From the NCBI RefSeq assembly GCF_006345805.1, contig NC_043001.1, positions 3,410,001-3,474,000 on the forward strand: 64,000 nucleotides of DNA. Direction: 5' to 3'. Position numbers and translations under genes: made by a program. The DNA is from Octopus sinensis (taxonomy: Eukaryota). The notes below the pieces were generated by a model. The model was not told the DNA's origin. It worked only from the letters and a program-made list of their open reading frames with translations, and searched no databases. Below, one piece after another: positions 1 through 13,731 of the stretch; within the stretch, counting starts at the first letter, position 1; every line of letters begins with the position of its first letter.

Positions 1-262
1 GAGGGCAGAAAACTCCTGCTTCTTACGTCATGGATTTAACATAACTAAAACATGGTCCTGCAATTAAATACAAAAGACATCAATTTACTTGTGAACACTA
101 AATCTTGAATAACAATAGCAGTGTTCTGTCTAACGCTAACTCTATTTATGTTACTTGCATTTTATACACATGACACGGAAAACACGAAAATATCAGATGT
201 ATTTGCATATAATAAGTGAAAATATTTCGTTTAGCTGACAACAAATCTAGAAATGAATGTGT

Positions 263-307
<45 letters not shown>

Positions 308-1812
308 TGTCTGGTTTCTTTTCTATTTCAGTCGATTGAGTAACTGGTCACCTGAAACTGGAAGTCTCCAACGCCTCAAGTACACGGGATGCGAGACACT
401 GTACCTTTCCTTTTCTTTGATCCCTGTAAAATTTATTTGGAAAAAGGGCTCAGTCCGAAACTTCGTATTTTCCACTCTCCTCGGCAATTTCACTGCACAC
501 TTTCTGTCAACACACACACACATGTATAGATGTATGTATGTATATACATTTATATGTGTATATATATATGTGTGCGTGCGCCTGTGTGTATGCATATATG
601 CATATATATATACATGTACATATACATGCATATCTGTGTATATGTATATATATACATGTATATATATGTATGTGTGTATGTGTGTATATATGCATGTATG
701 CATATGCGTGCACAAATTTATGCTTGCCAATACACGCACGTACGAACACGTGCACACATACCATGACAGTGAATGCACGAAGTTCTTGAAGAAAAGTATT
801 TTCCCCTCTTTATATTTCTCAGACATTTTATATTTTTTATGAGTGTCATGAATTCCATTACCATACTTAACGTTTCGTTAGTCTTTTGTGAATTGTGCAC
901 TCATCAAAACGCAGCTATTCCTGATGGATCGCCAAAAAAAAACAAACAAACAAACAAAAAAACCCCAGTTAACTTAATAATATTTTAAGTTGGAAAATTG
1001 AAAACTAAACAAACAAACGTATAAATGAATAAATAAACTTTGTCAGAACAGTTAATAAATGTTCATATTTTATTAAAATATTTTTAAAATGCGTCAGTTA
1101 TTAACGAACAAAGTTTTAAAAAATTTATATAATACAACAATAACTTAAGTTTTATATAAAAAATAAAGAAAACAAACACTAGACTAAAATGCTGTGCATT
1201 CACCTAAAATTAAAGTTTAAATGATAAGTTACATTATTGACTCTGAAAGTGAAAGTATTAAAATCACAGAATGACTAATATTTCATTTGAATATATCGAT
1301 TATTGTTAATACAGGAGTATGGCTAAAAAGTGTGAAAGTAGTCAAAACTGGTGCTAATATATTTGACAAACAAGCTAATCTCTAAACTCTCTCTACTAGT
1401 AAAAAACGTATGCAACAAATATATAGTTAACATTGGCCTTAATGTCCATATCCCTCAGTGTAGAGATGCTGGAAGCGTTGAAACAAAGATTTAGTTGAAG
1501 ATTGAATCTTCGTCATCAGCATCACTATAAACATCGTTTAAAGTTCATGTTCCCTGATGGTATGGGTTGGACGGCTTGATTGCATCCGATGGCTCTGAAC
1601 ACTGCATTGTCCACCACTGTCTGCTTTGGTATGCTTTCTACGGCTGGATGCCTTCCATAACGTTAAGCATTTGTGAGAGTGCCATGAACACCCGGCAAAG
1701 CCAAGACACCCTTCGCCTCTGGAGAGAGTAGGCTACAGCAGAAAGGGAGACGAATTTATTCTGACATAAAAGTAAATATCGATACAATATTGTGCATTAA
1801 TATTGCAGTATG

Positions 1813-2073
1813 GTAAGGCAGCGAGCTGGCTTCGCGCTATTTCACCCGTCGCTCCGTTCTGAGTTCAAAATACGCCGAGGTCGACTTTGCTTTTCATCCT
1901 TTCTGGGTTGCCCAACTGCCACATAGTAGGACTGAACCCAGAACCATGTGGCTAGGAACGAAACCTCTTACCACACAACCACTGCTGCACCTTTATGCTT
2001 AAAATACTGGGGTCGATCTAATCGACTGGTCTCCTCCCCACAAATTTCGGGCCTTGTGCCTAGAGTAGACAAG
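1813..2073 (+). mobile_element. tRNA-derived SINE (family with GACTTTGCYTTTCATCCTTTC core), interrupted by a reverse-strand SINE head at ~1910-1990
   Basis: B-box-like GAGTTCAAA, core GGTCGACTTTGCTTTTCATCCTTTC and tail GGGCCTTGTGCC are shared with the copies at 17035-17250 and 49677-50032. Confidence 0.6.
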
Positions 2074-2884
2074 TATGGGTTGCATACTTTTTTCAGTAAG
2101 TCGGATTTAGTCATTTGATTATACAGGGATTGATAAAAATGCGTACCAAACAGTTTGTTGGGATCGATATGAGAAACAAGACTCTAAACAACTGAAGCGA
2201 GGTATAATGATGAAAAATTAACAGGGAAACAAATTAGCACAATCTTAACTGGAATGTCCAATGAACCTTAACGTATACTTTGGTAAATTGGAAATTCCCC
2301 AAAGAAATGAACAAAGAAAATCAACAGCACATATCTCAGACACATCTTATGCAGCAGATTGGAAAGATTCCAAAACAAGTCATAAATTAAAAAACACGTC
2401 CGTAGCACAGCCATTGTCTCTGACTTTATTGGAGAGAAAAAAACGTACTTCTAAACGACGCAGCTGTACTTAAATATTATTGTAAAAGAGAAAATAGAAA
2501 AATAATTAAAACGAAACTTGAAGTAGGTGAGATGAGAGGAATAAAGTGGGAAATGTCTGAACCAATTAGACGAAGACAAAGATCTGTGAAAGGCTCTATT
2601 CCACAGAGATGCACCTGTTATCTTTTACTTGTTTCAGGCATTAGACTGCGGCCATGCTGGGGCATTGCCTTGAAAAAATTCAAGTCCCAAAAATTGACCC
2701 CAGTATTTATACTATTTTTAGTGTGGTACCTATTTTATTAATTCCTGTTACTTAACTCCTAATTTATGGGGATGTAAACACACCAACATCGGTTGTCAAA
2801 TTTAAGTGGTGGGATCCAATCGGTTATATTTTCTAGTTTCTGATACTCAAGGTCCGAATTACAATTAGAGTTACAACACATATC

Positions 2885-3300
2885 CTTTCTACCTTAGGTA
2901 CAAGGCCTGACATTTTGGGGCAGGGTCTAGTTGATTCCATTGACCGCAGATTCCAAAAGGATGAAAGGCAAAGTCAACCTTGATGGAATTTTTACTGGGT
3001 GTGTACAGACCAACGAAATACCACTAAGCATTCTGCTCGGTGTGCTAATGGTTCTGCTGGTTCACTGCATTAACCATGATTCTAAGAATAATCTAAAATT
3101 TTGATCCAAAGCCAGTAATTTCCGGAGAAGGGATAAGTCAGTTACATCAATGCAGGTGTTCAATGGATATTTACTTAATTGACCTCAAAAGGATGAAAGA
3201 CAAAGCCGACCTCAACAGAATTTCAACTCAGAACACACGGATTGGCAAAATGTCCCTAAGCATTTTGCCTGCCATGCTAATGATTCTGCCAGCTCACAGT
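2885..3300 (-). mobile_element. Two adjacent degenerate copies of the same SINE family
   Basis: AAAGGATGAAAGGCAAAGTCAACC at ~2956 and AAAGGATGAAAGACAAAGCCGACC at ~3189 are reverse complements of the core above. Confidence 0.55.
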
Positions 3301-5769
3301 TACAAGAGATATCCTAACAATCAAATCAGAGTCTACCTCTTTTTCTCCAGAGAAAGTAAGAATACATCTACCCGTCCAATACAAATACCTGCATTAAAAA
3401 CAGCAAACAGCCAGTAACATGAACATTGTCTGGCTGTAAAGCAATGATGTCCTAATAAAATGTAATTATCTGACCCACATCCAGATAGATAAATGATTGT
3501 TAATTGAAATAAGTGTGTCACAGACATAGCAAACAAAGTACACCTGTGGATTGTGAGGTACTCACCTGCAGTTCCCATAGTTTTATCGATCCCTTAATTC
3601 AGTTCTGCATCTACTGCGCACATTTGCATTTACCTCTTAACCCTTTCTATTCCAACCCACCTGAGGTGGCACCCAGGTTTATGATAAAATTTCCGTTTTA
3701 CAGTGATTCAAATTGAAAACTTCCATTAAAATTTTATGTTAATCGATGTTTGAAATAATGACTTGTGGTGATGATGATAATGATGATGCTGGTGATGCTG
3801 ATTTGATCCCATTAGAAGAGTCTATTTCCCTCTTCTGCTGCTCAAGCAAAAGAAATTAAAGTCATCGCCATTCATATCATTTAAAGTTAGAAGCAGGAGT
3901 AATTCTACAGAATCGGCGTTCCTTAGAACAAATCTTGCCATTGGCTGGAATGGTCTGACTCGAAATATATATCTGCTCATATTTATCTCAGTGTTACGTA
4001 AGATGTCATTTACTTATTTAAGACAGTGAATTTTGACTTTGATTTGGCTGTTATTTCTTACAGGTTCAGTGACCAGTTACGAACAGCATCATGAAGAGCT
4101 AGGTGGATTGTGCCAAAGAGAGTTAATTTGCTTTAGCTACAGCAACACAGTGGCAGTGACGTGATACATTCGGCAGTCTTTTGTTTGCTTAACCAACACC
4201 CTTTTCAGATTCATGCCTACATGTGAAATGGAAAAGCAGTATTTAAATTATTATTCAACACGAATGCAAGAAGAATATGATTAATTAAAAGTAAAACGTG
4301 TATCCTCATCGTGTGAATTTATTGCATGCAAATTAACAATGCAGCGATGTAGAGAAATTTATTTTCGAAGTGATTTGAAGTTTAGGATTTATTTACAACG
4401 TACTTCTATACAGTGTAAATGTGATTGATATGGTCTGTTTTGACAAGAAGATATCAGAAATAAAAATATATTAGCAAGTTTTGAAATTATCTCTCATTGA
4501 TTCATCTGTATTTGGAAAGCTATTTATAAAGCAGGGACAATAAAATATGATGGAATGTTTATCTGAAAGATGATAACTGAGATCAGACTCGTGTCTCATA
4601 GATATGTGAAGTCTCTTAGATTCCCTTGGTGATAGAATAGCATTATTAGATTAAAACTTTGCGATGCACAAGTAAAAGTATTGATTGCAATGGAGATACG
4701 CAGGAGCTATGGTGTATAACAGGTTGAGTAAAGAGACTTTCTCTCATTATAGAATGGTTTTACAATGCTTGGAATATTGTTAAAAGATAATATTAGTAGA
4801 TGTGAATTCCTATTGGATATCATAAATAGACAATATATTTCTAACCTCAAGTAGATAAGGATATTTACAGTGAAACCAAACATAATCTCACTGAAGTAGA
4901 AAAGAAAAAAAAATAATGTAAATAATAAATGGCTTTTTTTTTGTTCTATGATTTTTTATGCCTTTTTTTATATTTTGTAGTTTCGGAATTATTCTTAAAT
5001 CTATGACTTTGCCTTCCCACATGAGTCTAGAAGAGCCTCTCTCTACAGTAAAATCACTCTATGTCTATGAAAATAACACATATGTTAGTAGGCTGTATAA
5101 AAGAATAGAGGCTGTTGCATTCACTGCACCGATTTAGGATATTTTGAGAGGAAAATGCTTCCAGGTTGCAAGAAATGAAACAGAAATATGTTGTGTTGCA
5201 ATATATATATATATTGTGGTTTCTGGTTCAGTCCCACTGCCTGGTACCATGTTCTACTACAGCTCAGATCGAACCAATATTTGCTTAGCATTGTTGGATT
5301 TGGTAAGCAAAAATGCAATGGACCTTGATGACAAAGTCATCAGCTCGTTGGATCCTATCAAATTGTCCAACCCATACAAGGAATATGGACATTAGAGGAT
5401 GATGATGATGATGATGATGATATATATATATGATGTACGTGTATGCTGGTGGCAGGGAAAAAGCACCCAGTACACTTTGTAAAGAGGTTGTAATTAGGAA
5501 GGGCAACCAGCTGTAAAAACCATGCCAGCATGGAGAACGAATGTTAAATGATGATTATGATGATGATGAAGTTATATACACACATATACATACACATATA
5601 CGCACTGTGTAAAATTTGTTGTGATGTCGGGAAGGGCATCTAGCTGCTGAAACGAAATCACAAGCCAGTGGTTCCAAACTGTTTTTTTCGATGGACCCCT
5701 TTGAAGCTTACTGTACTTGGATGGAGCCTAAAAGCCATTTAATGTTAAAAAAAAACACAAAAAAACAAT

Positions 5770-5965
5770 TTGTCACCTTACCATCACTTGACAACCGATG
5801 TTGGTGTGTTTATGGCCCGTAACTTAGTGGTTCAGCAAATAAAGGGCCGATAGAGTAAGCACTAGGCTTTTAAAAAATAAGTTCTGGGGCCGATTTTTTG
5901 GTTAAAGCTGGTGCTCCAGCATGGCCGCAGTCAAATGACTGAAACAAGTAAAAGAATAAAAGAAT
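5770..5965 (+). mobile_element. 3' half of the abundant CORE-like SINE
   Basis: TTGACAACCGATGTTGGTGTGTTTA...GGTGCTCCAGCATGGCCGCAGTCAAATGACTGAAACAAGTAAAAG matches the units of the 47681-49317 array. Confidence 0.75.
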
Positions 5966-6239
5966 TGTATTTTTGTAATTAAATATTTTTAGAAATTATA
6001 AAAGAAAATATTTTAAAATGAAAAGTATTTTAGAAGTTTAACCAATTTACTGAGCATAAATTTTAACAACAAAATCTTGCATGGACTCTCAAGGGTCATA
6101 TGACCCCAATCCCCACACACCCCGCCCAGTAGATTAGCACTGCCATGGATGGAACCTAAAGTCTGATGTGGTCTTCTAACAAAACTTGAAGAGCAGTAAT
6201 GAAGTGTCCAACTCAACCAGCCGGGAAATAGAATGTAAA

Positions 6240-6399
6240 ATGATGACAATGAAGATGATGGTGGTGGTGGTGGTGGGTGTGGTGATGATGATGATGCTGG
6301 TGATAATGATGATGATGATGATGATGATGGTGGTAGTGGTGGTAGTGATGATGTTGGTGGTGGTGGTGATGCTGATGATGATGGTGGTGGTGATGCTGG

Positions 6400-6440
<41 letters not shown>

Positions 6441-6470
6441 GGGGTAGTGGTGGTAGTGATGACAATGATG
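6240..6470 (+). repeat. (GAT)n/(GGT)n compound microsatellite
   Basis: Seen directly in the sequence. Confidence 0.95.
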
Positions 6471-6635
6471 AAGATAATTTTCAATGTGGTGGTCGGGGCA
6501 TGGACCCAGTCCAATATCAAAAACAACTAAAAGAAATGATGAATAATAGTAAATATATTTAGAATCTTTTCCTTGCAGTTTATTGGTTATGCAAAAGGTC
6601 TCCTCCTCCCCTCCTCCTCCTCCTCCTCCTCCTCC

Positions 6636-6667
<32 letters not shown>

Positions 6668-7032
6668 GACATCGTCATTTCAGTGTCTACTTTTCCTTGC
6701 TTGCATATAGAATCCGTTGAGGCAAATTTTCTATGGCAGGATGCCCTTTCTGGTCAACAAAACTCATCTGTTCTCGAGCCAGGCAATATTTCCTCATGGC
6801 CAGGCATAACAAGGATTCTTGTTCACAACTATCACAAGATGCCAAGTGAAAGACAAAACACACACACACATACACACACGCACACACACACACACATGCA
6901 CACTGTTGCATGTGTGCCTGTGTGTATATATATTTACAGTCACATACACATGTATATTCCTTGTATTTATTTCAGCCACATGGCTGCGGTCATACTGGAT
7001 CACTATGCATATGTGTGTGTATATGCATAAGC

Positions 7033-7702
7033 ACCCTGAGAGAAAAGTTGGACATGAGAAGCATCAGATGTGGTGTGCAAGAGAGACGATTGCATTGGTA
7101 TGGTCATGTGATGCGTATGGATGATGACAGCTGTGTTTAAATGTGTCACACCCTGGCAGTAGAGGGAACCTGTGGAAGAGGTAGATCCTAGCAGACCTGG
7201 AATGGGATATGGAAGCATGACCTTCAAACGTTGGCCCTCATGGAGGCGATGACAAGCGACTGAGACCTTTAGAGATATGCTGTGCTTGAGAAGACCCAGC
7301 AAGTCAAATGAGACCGTAACTGTGGCCTATGCCAGTGCAGTATAACCAGCCCATTTAAAAGTACCCTTCAATCATTGGGCAATAAACTGTGCCTGAGAAG
7401 ACCTGTTGAGTGAAGTGAAGTCAATGTCATGGCTGATGCCAATGCTGCTGCCTGACATAAATAACACCATTCATGCATAGCCATTGCCACTACTGCCTGA
7501 CTGGCCCTCATGCTGGTGGCACGTAAAAATCACCCATTACACTCTCAGAGTGGTTGGCATTAGGAAGGACATCCAACTGTAGAAACTTTGCCAGATCAGA
7601 TTGGAGCCTGGTGCAGCCTCCTGGCTTGCCAGTCCTCATTCATACCGTCCAACCCATGCCAGCATGGAAAGCAGACGTTAAACGATGATGATGATGATGA
7701 TG
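7033..7702 (+). mobile_element. RTE-clade LINE 3' fragment (ORF C-terminus, 3'UTR and (GAT)n tail)
   Basis: Translation LREKLDMRSIRCGVQERRLHWYGHVMRMDDDSCV...VEGTCGRGR contains the RTE-type RLxWxGHVxR and GxRxRGRP-like motifs. It ends CCATGCCAGCATGGAAAGCAGACGTTAAAC(GAT)n. Similar tails recur at ~1520(-), 5440, 6650(-), 11930, 42710(-), 43940 and 50050. Confidence 0.8.
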
Positions 7703-7969
7703 TATATTCACATAATACAGCACCAGCTCCTTCAGGCTTCTTTCAGTTTCTGCCTGCCAAATCCATTGATAAGGCTTTGATTGGGCCACAACTGTAGTTG
7801 AGTTGACAACATGTTTGGCCCAAGGTGCCACATAGAAGAACTAAATGTGACAGCATGAGGTCAAGGTGCAACCTTGTTTGCCATGCAGCCATGTCAGAAA
7901 TGGAAATATCTTCTTTGCCATGTAGCTATGTCTGCAGCAAGGACGAAAAATAGAACACCAAATAACTTA

Positions 7970-8170
7970 TTTCAAATTTTGGCACAAGGCCAGCAATTTC
8001 GCGGGAGGAGAAAGTCAATTACATCGACCTTAGTGCTTGACTGGTTCTTATTTTATTGACCCTAAAAGACAAAGTCTATCTTGGTGCAATTTTAATTCAG
8101 GACGTAAAGACGGACGACATGCTGCTAAGCAGTTTGTCCAGCATGCTAATGGTGCTGCCAGCTTGCTGTC
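7970..8170 (-). mobile_element. Degenerate SINE, same family as 1813 and 17035
   Basis: TTTTGGCACAAGGCCAGCAATTT...AAAGACAAAGTC...GCTAAGCA, in reverse orientation. Confidence 0.55.
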
Positions 8171-8224
8171 CGATAAATGCTGAATAATTACAAACATGAC
8201 ATTTCGGTGGCTCTCAAAAGTCTT

Positions 8225-8364
8225 CATTATTTACATTATTTACTTTATTTACATTCGACGGATATTTGTCCTCATCTTGTTTTCGGCTGATATACCCTCC
8301 AGCCTTCATCAGGTGTCTTGGGAAAATTTCGAACCAGGGTTCTCATTACTAAGGAATTTTTTGA

Positions 8365-8438
<74 letters not shown>

Positions 8439-8975
8439 TATTATTATTATTCAGGTCACTGCCTGGAATCGAACTTGGAATATTGGGGTTAGTAGCCCAT
8501 GCTCTTAACCACTACAGTGGAGGCGCAATGGCCCAGTGGTTAGGGCAGCGGACTCGCGGTCGTAGGATCGCGGTTTCGAACCCAGACTGTGCGTTGTGAG
8601 TGTTTATTGAGCGAAAACACCTAAAGCTCCACGAGGCTCCGGCAGGGGATGGTGGTGATCCCTGCTGTACTCTTTAAGCAAAACTTTCTCTCACTCTTAC
8701 TTCCTGTTTCTGTTGTACCTGTATTTCAAGGGGCCGGCCTTGTCACTCTCTGTATCACGCTGAATATCCCCGAGAACTACGTTAAGGGTGCACGTGTCTG
8801 TGGAGTGCTCAGCCACTTACACGTTAATTTCACGAGCAGGCTGTTCCGTTGATCGGATCAACCGGAACCCTCGTCGTCGTAACCGACGCAGTGCTTCCAG
8901 TAACCACTACACCATATGCCTGTGTACATAATGTAAATAATGTACATAATTCCTCATCTCTTAAATATAGAACTG
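8225..8975 (-). mobile_element. tRNA-head/(AAT)n/hammerhead element, reverse copy plus short inverted 3' tail, interrupted by a SINE
   Basis: Highly similar to 13296-13631. 8926-8973 matches the + strand 3' tail at 16051-16094. The reverse strand of 8281-8320 reads GACAC-CTGATGA-AGGCTG..CAGCC-GAAA, with the cleavage segment deleted. Confidence 0.75.
8517..8900 (+). mobile_element. Full-length tRNA-derived SINE with 11-bp target-site duplication
   Basis: A-box TGGCCCAGTGG and B-box-like GGTTTCGAACC. TAACCACTACA is duplicated at 8506-8516 and 8901-8911. Related sequence lies at 12445-12735(-), 31891-32200 and 55559-55866. Confidence 0.85.
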
Positions 8976-9489
8976 TCTCAAAAGTGTTGCTTATAAAATG
9001 ATTTATAGTTTTCACATGCGATGTGACCACATGTGATGATGGGATAGAAGATGTAAAGAGTCAGAAACGCCAGTGTTTAGTTTTTAGTTATATTCCCTGA
9101 AATGTCTCATCAAACATGAGCTTCTATGTGGTTACTCAATCTGCTAAAACTAGCAGTTGAATCTCACATGAAATATCATTCCAGTCTGAAATAAAGGAAA
9201 GGGTACATAGGACACTGTAGCCCTACAAAGTCTTAATCAATTATCAGTGAGAGAGAGACGTGGAAGTTCTGTTCAGTATGGGTGGACTTTTAAGGGTTAA
9301 TGGTGCAACCGTTGAATATTAAGAAAGCAAGTCTGGCAAGGAACCACTCAAATAATTTTTTTTATCTTTTCATCATTATTTCTATCACCACCACCACCAC
9401 CACCACCACCACCACCACCACCACCACCGTCACCGTCGTTATCATCATTATCATTTTCATTGTCTAACGTATCAAAATTTTTAATATTA

Positions 9490-9984
9490 TTAATGATGAT
9501 GATGCTGATGAAGATGATGATGATGATGATGCTGGTGAGGAGGAAGTGGAAGAGGAGGGTGTGATGATGATAATGATGCTGAGGATGATGACGATGACGA
9601 CGACGACGACTATGATGATGACAACTATGATGATGATGATGACGACTATGACGATGATGATGACGACGCTGATGATGCTGCTGATGATGATGACGGTAGT
9701 GATACTGATGAGGATGATGACGATATTAAAAAGGCTTCCCTTGTTGATGAAAGTGGAAAAAGAGAGTGACCGTCTTTTCTCCCCCCCCCCCACATTCTAG
9801 CCTTCGATTTCATCTTTACTCTTTGCTCACCAATTCTGGGGCAGTTATTTTCTAAGCAGCACAAATGGCAAAAGAAAACTTTGCTTTCTTTTACCATTTC
9901 ATATGAAATGCTTTATTAGTTCGACTGCATTGAAATCAATGGTTTCAGACGACATTTTTTCCTCCATTTTTTTATTATTGTTGC

Positions 9985-10053
<69 letters not shown>

Positions 10054-10080
10054 CATTATTATTATTATTATTGTTATCAT
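9490..10080. repeat. (GAT/GAC)n and (GTT/ATT)n microsatellite tracts
   Basis: Seen directly in the sequence. Confidence 0.9.
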
Positions 10081-12075
10081 TATGTTTTTGTTCTTTTTCT
10101 TGGCTCCCATACATAAATATGGTTAAAGATGGTTTGTTCTAGTCACACTGACTAATATCGTTGGTGTATTCGTATGAAAATTCCTGATTGTTTATAATAA
10201 ATGGTCCATTCTTGTCGAATATTTAAAATGTATTGAACAAAATGTTGCCAGAAGATTTAACAGACTCTAGCCACAGTTGTTTGATGTTGCTAATCTCAAA
10301 CAATATTGAAAATTGCATGATTGAATAGACTTTCTGCTGTGCTAACTTTATTGACCAATATAAATTAAACTATGCTGACGAACAAAGTGAGTAATTTATA
10401 TTTTATATTTTTGACAAATCAATTTGCATATATTATAGCCGTAATTTTAATATTAGTCTCGTTTCTAATTGAACTCATTTAGTGATATTGTGTAAACTGA
10501 ACTGTTTTAGGAAAGTGGGGGAGAGTGAAGTATTGTTCACAACCATTGTCGGATAAAAGCACTCGTTTGGCTATCAATTAAGATATTCTTTTCATTAAAT
10601 ACAGAAAGTTAGAGGCAAGCAGGAATGTTTATTCATGTGTATGAATTATTCCAACTTCTTCCAGCTTACAGAATTCTTCCGCCATAATACCATTTTTAAA
10701 ACTATTCGGGAAAATAGACTCTGATCCAGTGTAAGAGGTTGTTTTGATGGTGGCTACAAATTACCTTTGGCCGCATTACAACTCATAACATAATAAAAAA
10801 ATATGCTAATTAAGTTAACTTAAGTAAATTTTGAACTGACAGAATTAGAGAGCACATTAGCTGAGATATCAATTACCAAACCCAAACTAGGAATCTATCT
10901 AAGAAGTAAACAATTGATTTATCCATAGAAGCAACAATTTATTTCTTGTTAGATGAAGGCAAGTGCTATTATTTTACTCTGGGGACTGTTAGACGTGAAC
11001 AAGACAAAACACATCTTCTCATCTCATCACACTTCTTCTACACAATATTTTCGTTTTTAGAACTGCTGCCTCTCTTGAGAGCTATTTTCAATCTCTTTTC
11101 TGATGTTTCTTTCTGCTAAGTCTAGTTTCTAACAGACACAAATTCAAGCTAAATATGGCAAATGTTATACAGCAAACAATTAAGTTCCTGGCATGCTGAG
11201 ACTAACAAACAGCCTACAAATCTTGCTTTGTGACTATTTCACTGCATTTCTCTCTCTTACCACGTGACCTTCGACTTATTATCATCTTGAGGAATATATT
11301 AATGAGGAGAAACCGCTTCCTTTCATGCCTCCCCCACCAAACATAAAAATTTTGTTGCTAATCAAAAACAGAAAACAAATACAAAAGCATGATGTGGCCT
11401 TGAGGAATCCTCTTCGTGGTCGTTCAATCTGCTAGAAGCAGCAGCTATATCTCCCTCCAATTATATCTTATTGGCTTAAATAAGGGAGAAAAAATATCAG
11501 GAATTGTAACCTTGCATCATCAGTAAAAAAGACATCATGGTTGGTGTGAGATTTTATTCTAAGTCCACTAAAATAGGGTTTCACCTCAAACTAAACAACA
11601 ATGACCTCACAAAATAATTCTGGTAATACAGGCTAGGAAAGCATTCTGAAGCTTTATATAGTCTATCACATCGTTGGAAAGGTTTGCTTCCTAACCACAT
11701 GGTTCTGGGTTCGGTCCCACTACGTGGCACTTGGGCAATTCTCTTTTACTATAGCCCCAGGCTGAGCAAATCCTTGTGAATGGATTTGGTAGGTGGAAAT
11801 GAATATTTTAAACATAAAGGTGTAGCAGTGGTTGTGTGCTCTGCTTTGGCTCATTATCTCATACATTTACCATCCAAGCATAAAGCTTCTTTCCTTGAGA
11901 TTCATAGTCTTTCAAGTTTTCTGGTGCTGGTGGCATAGAAAATGCATCTTTTGCATGGTATTAGCAAGTGCATCCAGGTGTGGAAACCTTGCCAAAGTAC
12001 ACCTTGGAATGTGATGCAGTCGACCTGTGCCAACATAAAACATATTAAATGATAACGATGATGAGAAGGATGATA

Positions 12076-12128
<53 letters not shown>

Positions 12129-12444
12129 CTTCAGAAAAAAAACATATCAATTTGTGAATGAGATTAATCATTAATCTACAGACTGTACCGCTAGCTATAA
12201 GTACTGAGTGTGTATGGTTAGGTAACATGAACCACACTTATAGTTACCAATTGATTGTAGGTGTCCATGTCATTGCAAGAAGGTATAGATGTCCTCTTGG
12301 CTCTTCTATTCTTGGTTCAGTAAAATATTGAAGTTGTGTCTACTGGCAAGAGATGGGGCTGTCCCAAAATCTGGCTGGTATTCTGATTGCTTGTGTTGAC
12401 TGGGGCAGCAAAATGTACTATGTTGGATACGAGGACAAATATTT

Positions 12445-12735
12445 TCAATTGATTCAGTCAACGAACAACCTGGTCTCGAAACTGACACGCAGCTGGCTGA
12501 GTAGACCACAGAAACACATACCTACAATGTAGATTTCAGGGAGATTCAGTGTGACACAAAATGAGACAAGGTACGCCTTTTGAATTTACAGGTACAACAC
12601 AATTTTGCCAGATGGGTGAACTGGAGCAACAAGAGGTAAAGTGTCTTGTTCAAGAACAAAATGCACCACCAGGAATCGATCTCTTGACCATATTACTCTG
12701 AGCTAAGTACCCTAACCACTAAACCACGGGCTGTC
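12445..12735 (-). mobile_element. Degenerate tRNA SINE (31891 family)
   Basis: GGCTGAGTAGACCACAG...GGGAGATTCAGTGTGACAC..GACAAGG...CCTAACCACTAAACCACG is the reverse complement of 31891-32200. Confidence 0.6.
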
Positions 12736-13343
12736 ACATGACATGAGCAACAGAAAATGAAGTGTCATGCTCAAGCAATTATAGCTTGTAGCATTCTTAC
12801 GTAGTGAAATGCTTTTTAGGAAAACAGACAAAAATTTGCTCTCAATGCTTTTACTTTTCACCCAGCAGAACATCCAAGGGTCGACAGTTAGAGACAGAAG
12901 GAAAGGAGGGGCTACACAAAAAAGTGGGGCTGCATGAAAAGGCTGCTGCTATTCATTACAGATGATTTGGCTACGAGAGCATGAAACTGAACTACAGTGA
13001 TTCAGTCAAAGACACAATGTGCCGCCTGGACCAGAAATTGAACCTCCGACCTTATGATCTTACAATGTTATTATCAGTCTGAATATTCTTGGGGCACAAT
13101 CGAGCCTGGGGAGCAAGACACTCACTACGCTTTGTCACACACAATATATCTTTCTTGTTGACACATGGTGTGTATACACCTTGATCAGCTCGCAGCGCCA
13201 CCTAACCACACTGTGAGATGCTAGCATTTCGGAGTAGCCATTTCGTCTTCGGCCTAGTGTCTGTCACTGAAGAGGAGACAACACACTCCAAAATATACAT
13301 TATTTACATTTCACAGATATTTGTCCTCATCTTGTTTGTTGTT

Positions 13344-13389
13344 GACACAACGCTTCGGCTGATATAACTTCCAGCCTTCATAAGGTGTC
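13344..13389 (-). ncRNA. Hammerhead ribozyme motif, type I minimal, core-mutated
   Basis: Minus strand GACAC-CTTATGA-AGGCTG-..-CAGCC-GAAG-C-GTT-GTGTC. Stems I and II are intact, with two core substitutions. Confidence 0.55.
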
Positions 13390-13436
13390 TTGGGAAAATT
13401 TCAAACCTGGGTTCTCATTCCTAACGTATTTTTCAA

Positions 13437-13517
<81 letters not shown>

Positions 13518-13693
13518 GTTATTATTATTATTATTGCTGTTGACGTTGTTGTTATTCAGCTCACTGCCTGGAATCGAACTTGAAATCTTGGGGTTAGTAG
13601 CGCACGCTTTTAACCACTACGCCATATGCCCAAGGGTTACTAACCCCAAGATTCCAAGTTCGATTTCAGGCAGTGAGCTGAATAATAATAATA

Positions 13694-13727
<34 letters not shown>

Positions 13728-13731
<4 letters not shown>

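Noticed and set aside
216-842. 208-aa ORF and many similar Y/I/C/V/H/T-rich or homopolymeric ORFs across the window (e.g. 6013-6530, 33833-34384, 56542-57234)
   Set aside because: They are translations of (CA)n, (TA)n, (GAT)n or (TCTA)n microsatellites that lack stops by composition, with no domain-like sequence.
5666-6110. Possible hAT/Charlie-type MITE beginning CAGTGGTTCCAAAC
   Set aside because: No matching right terminal inverted repeat or 8-bp TSD was found.
13556-13631. Possible tRNA gene on the minus strand (also SINE heads at 8517, 31891 and 55559)
   Set aside because: A and B boxes are present but the acceptor stem does not pair, and the sequence continues into repeat bodies. These are tRNA-derived heads, not tRNA genes.
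13390-13727. N-terminal ~110 aa of the 436-aa ORF (poly-I/L/N)
   Set aside because: This is chance read-through of the flanking fold-back element and microsatellite. LINE homology starts at ~13728.
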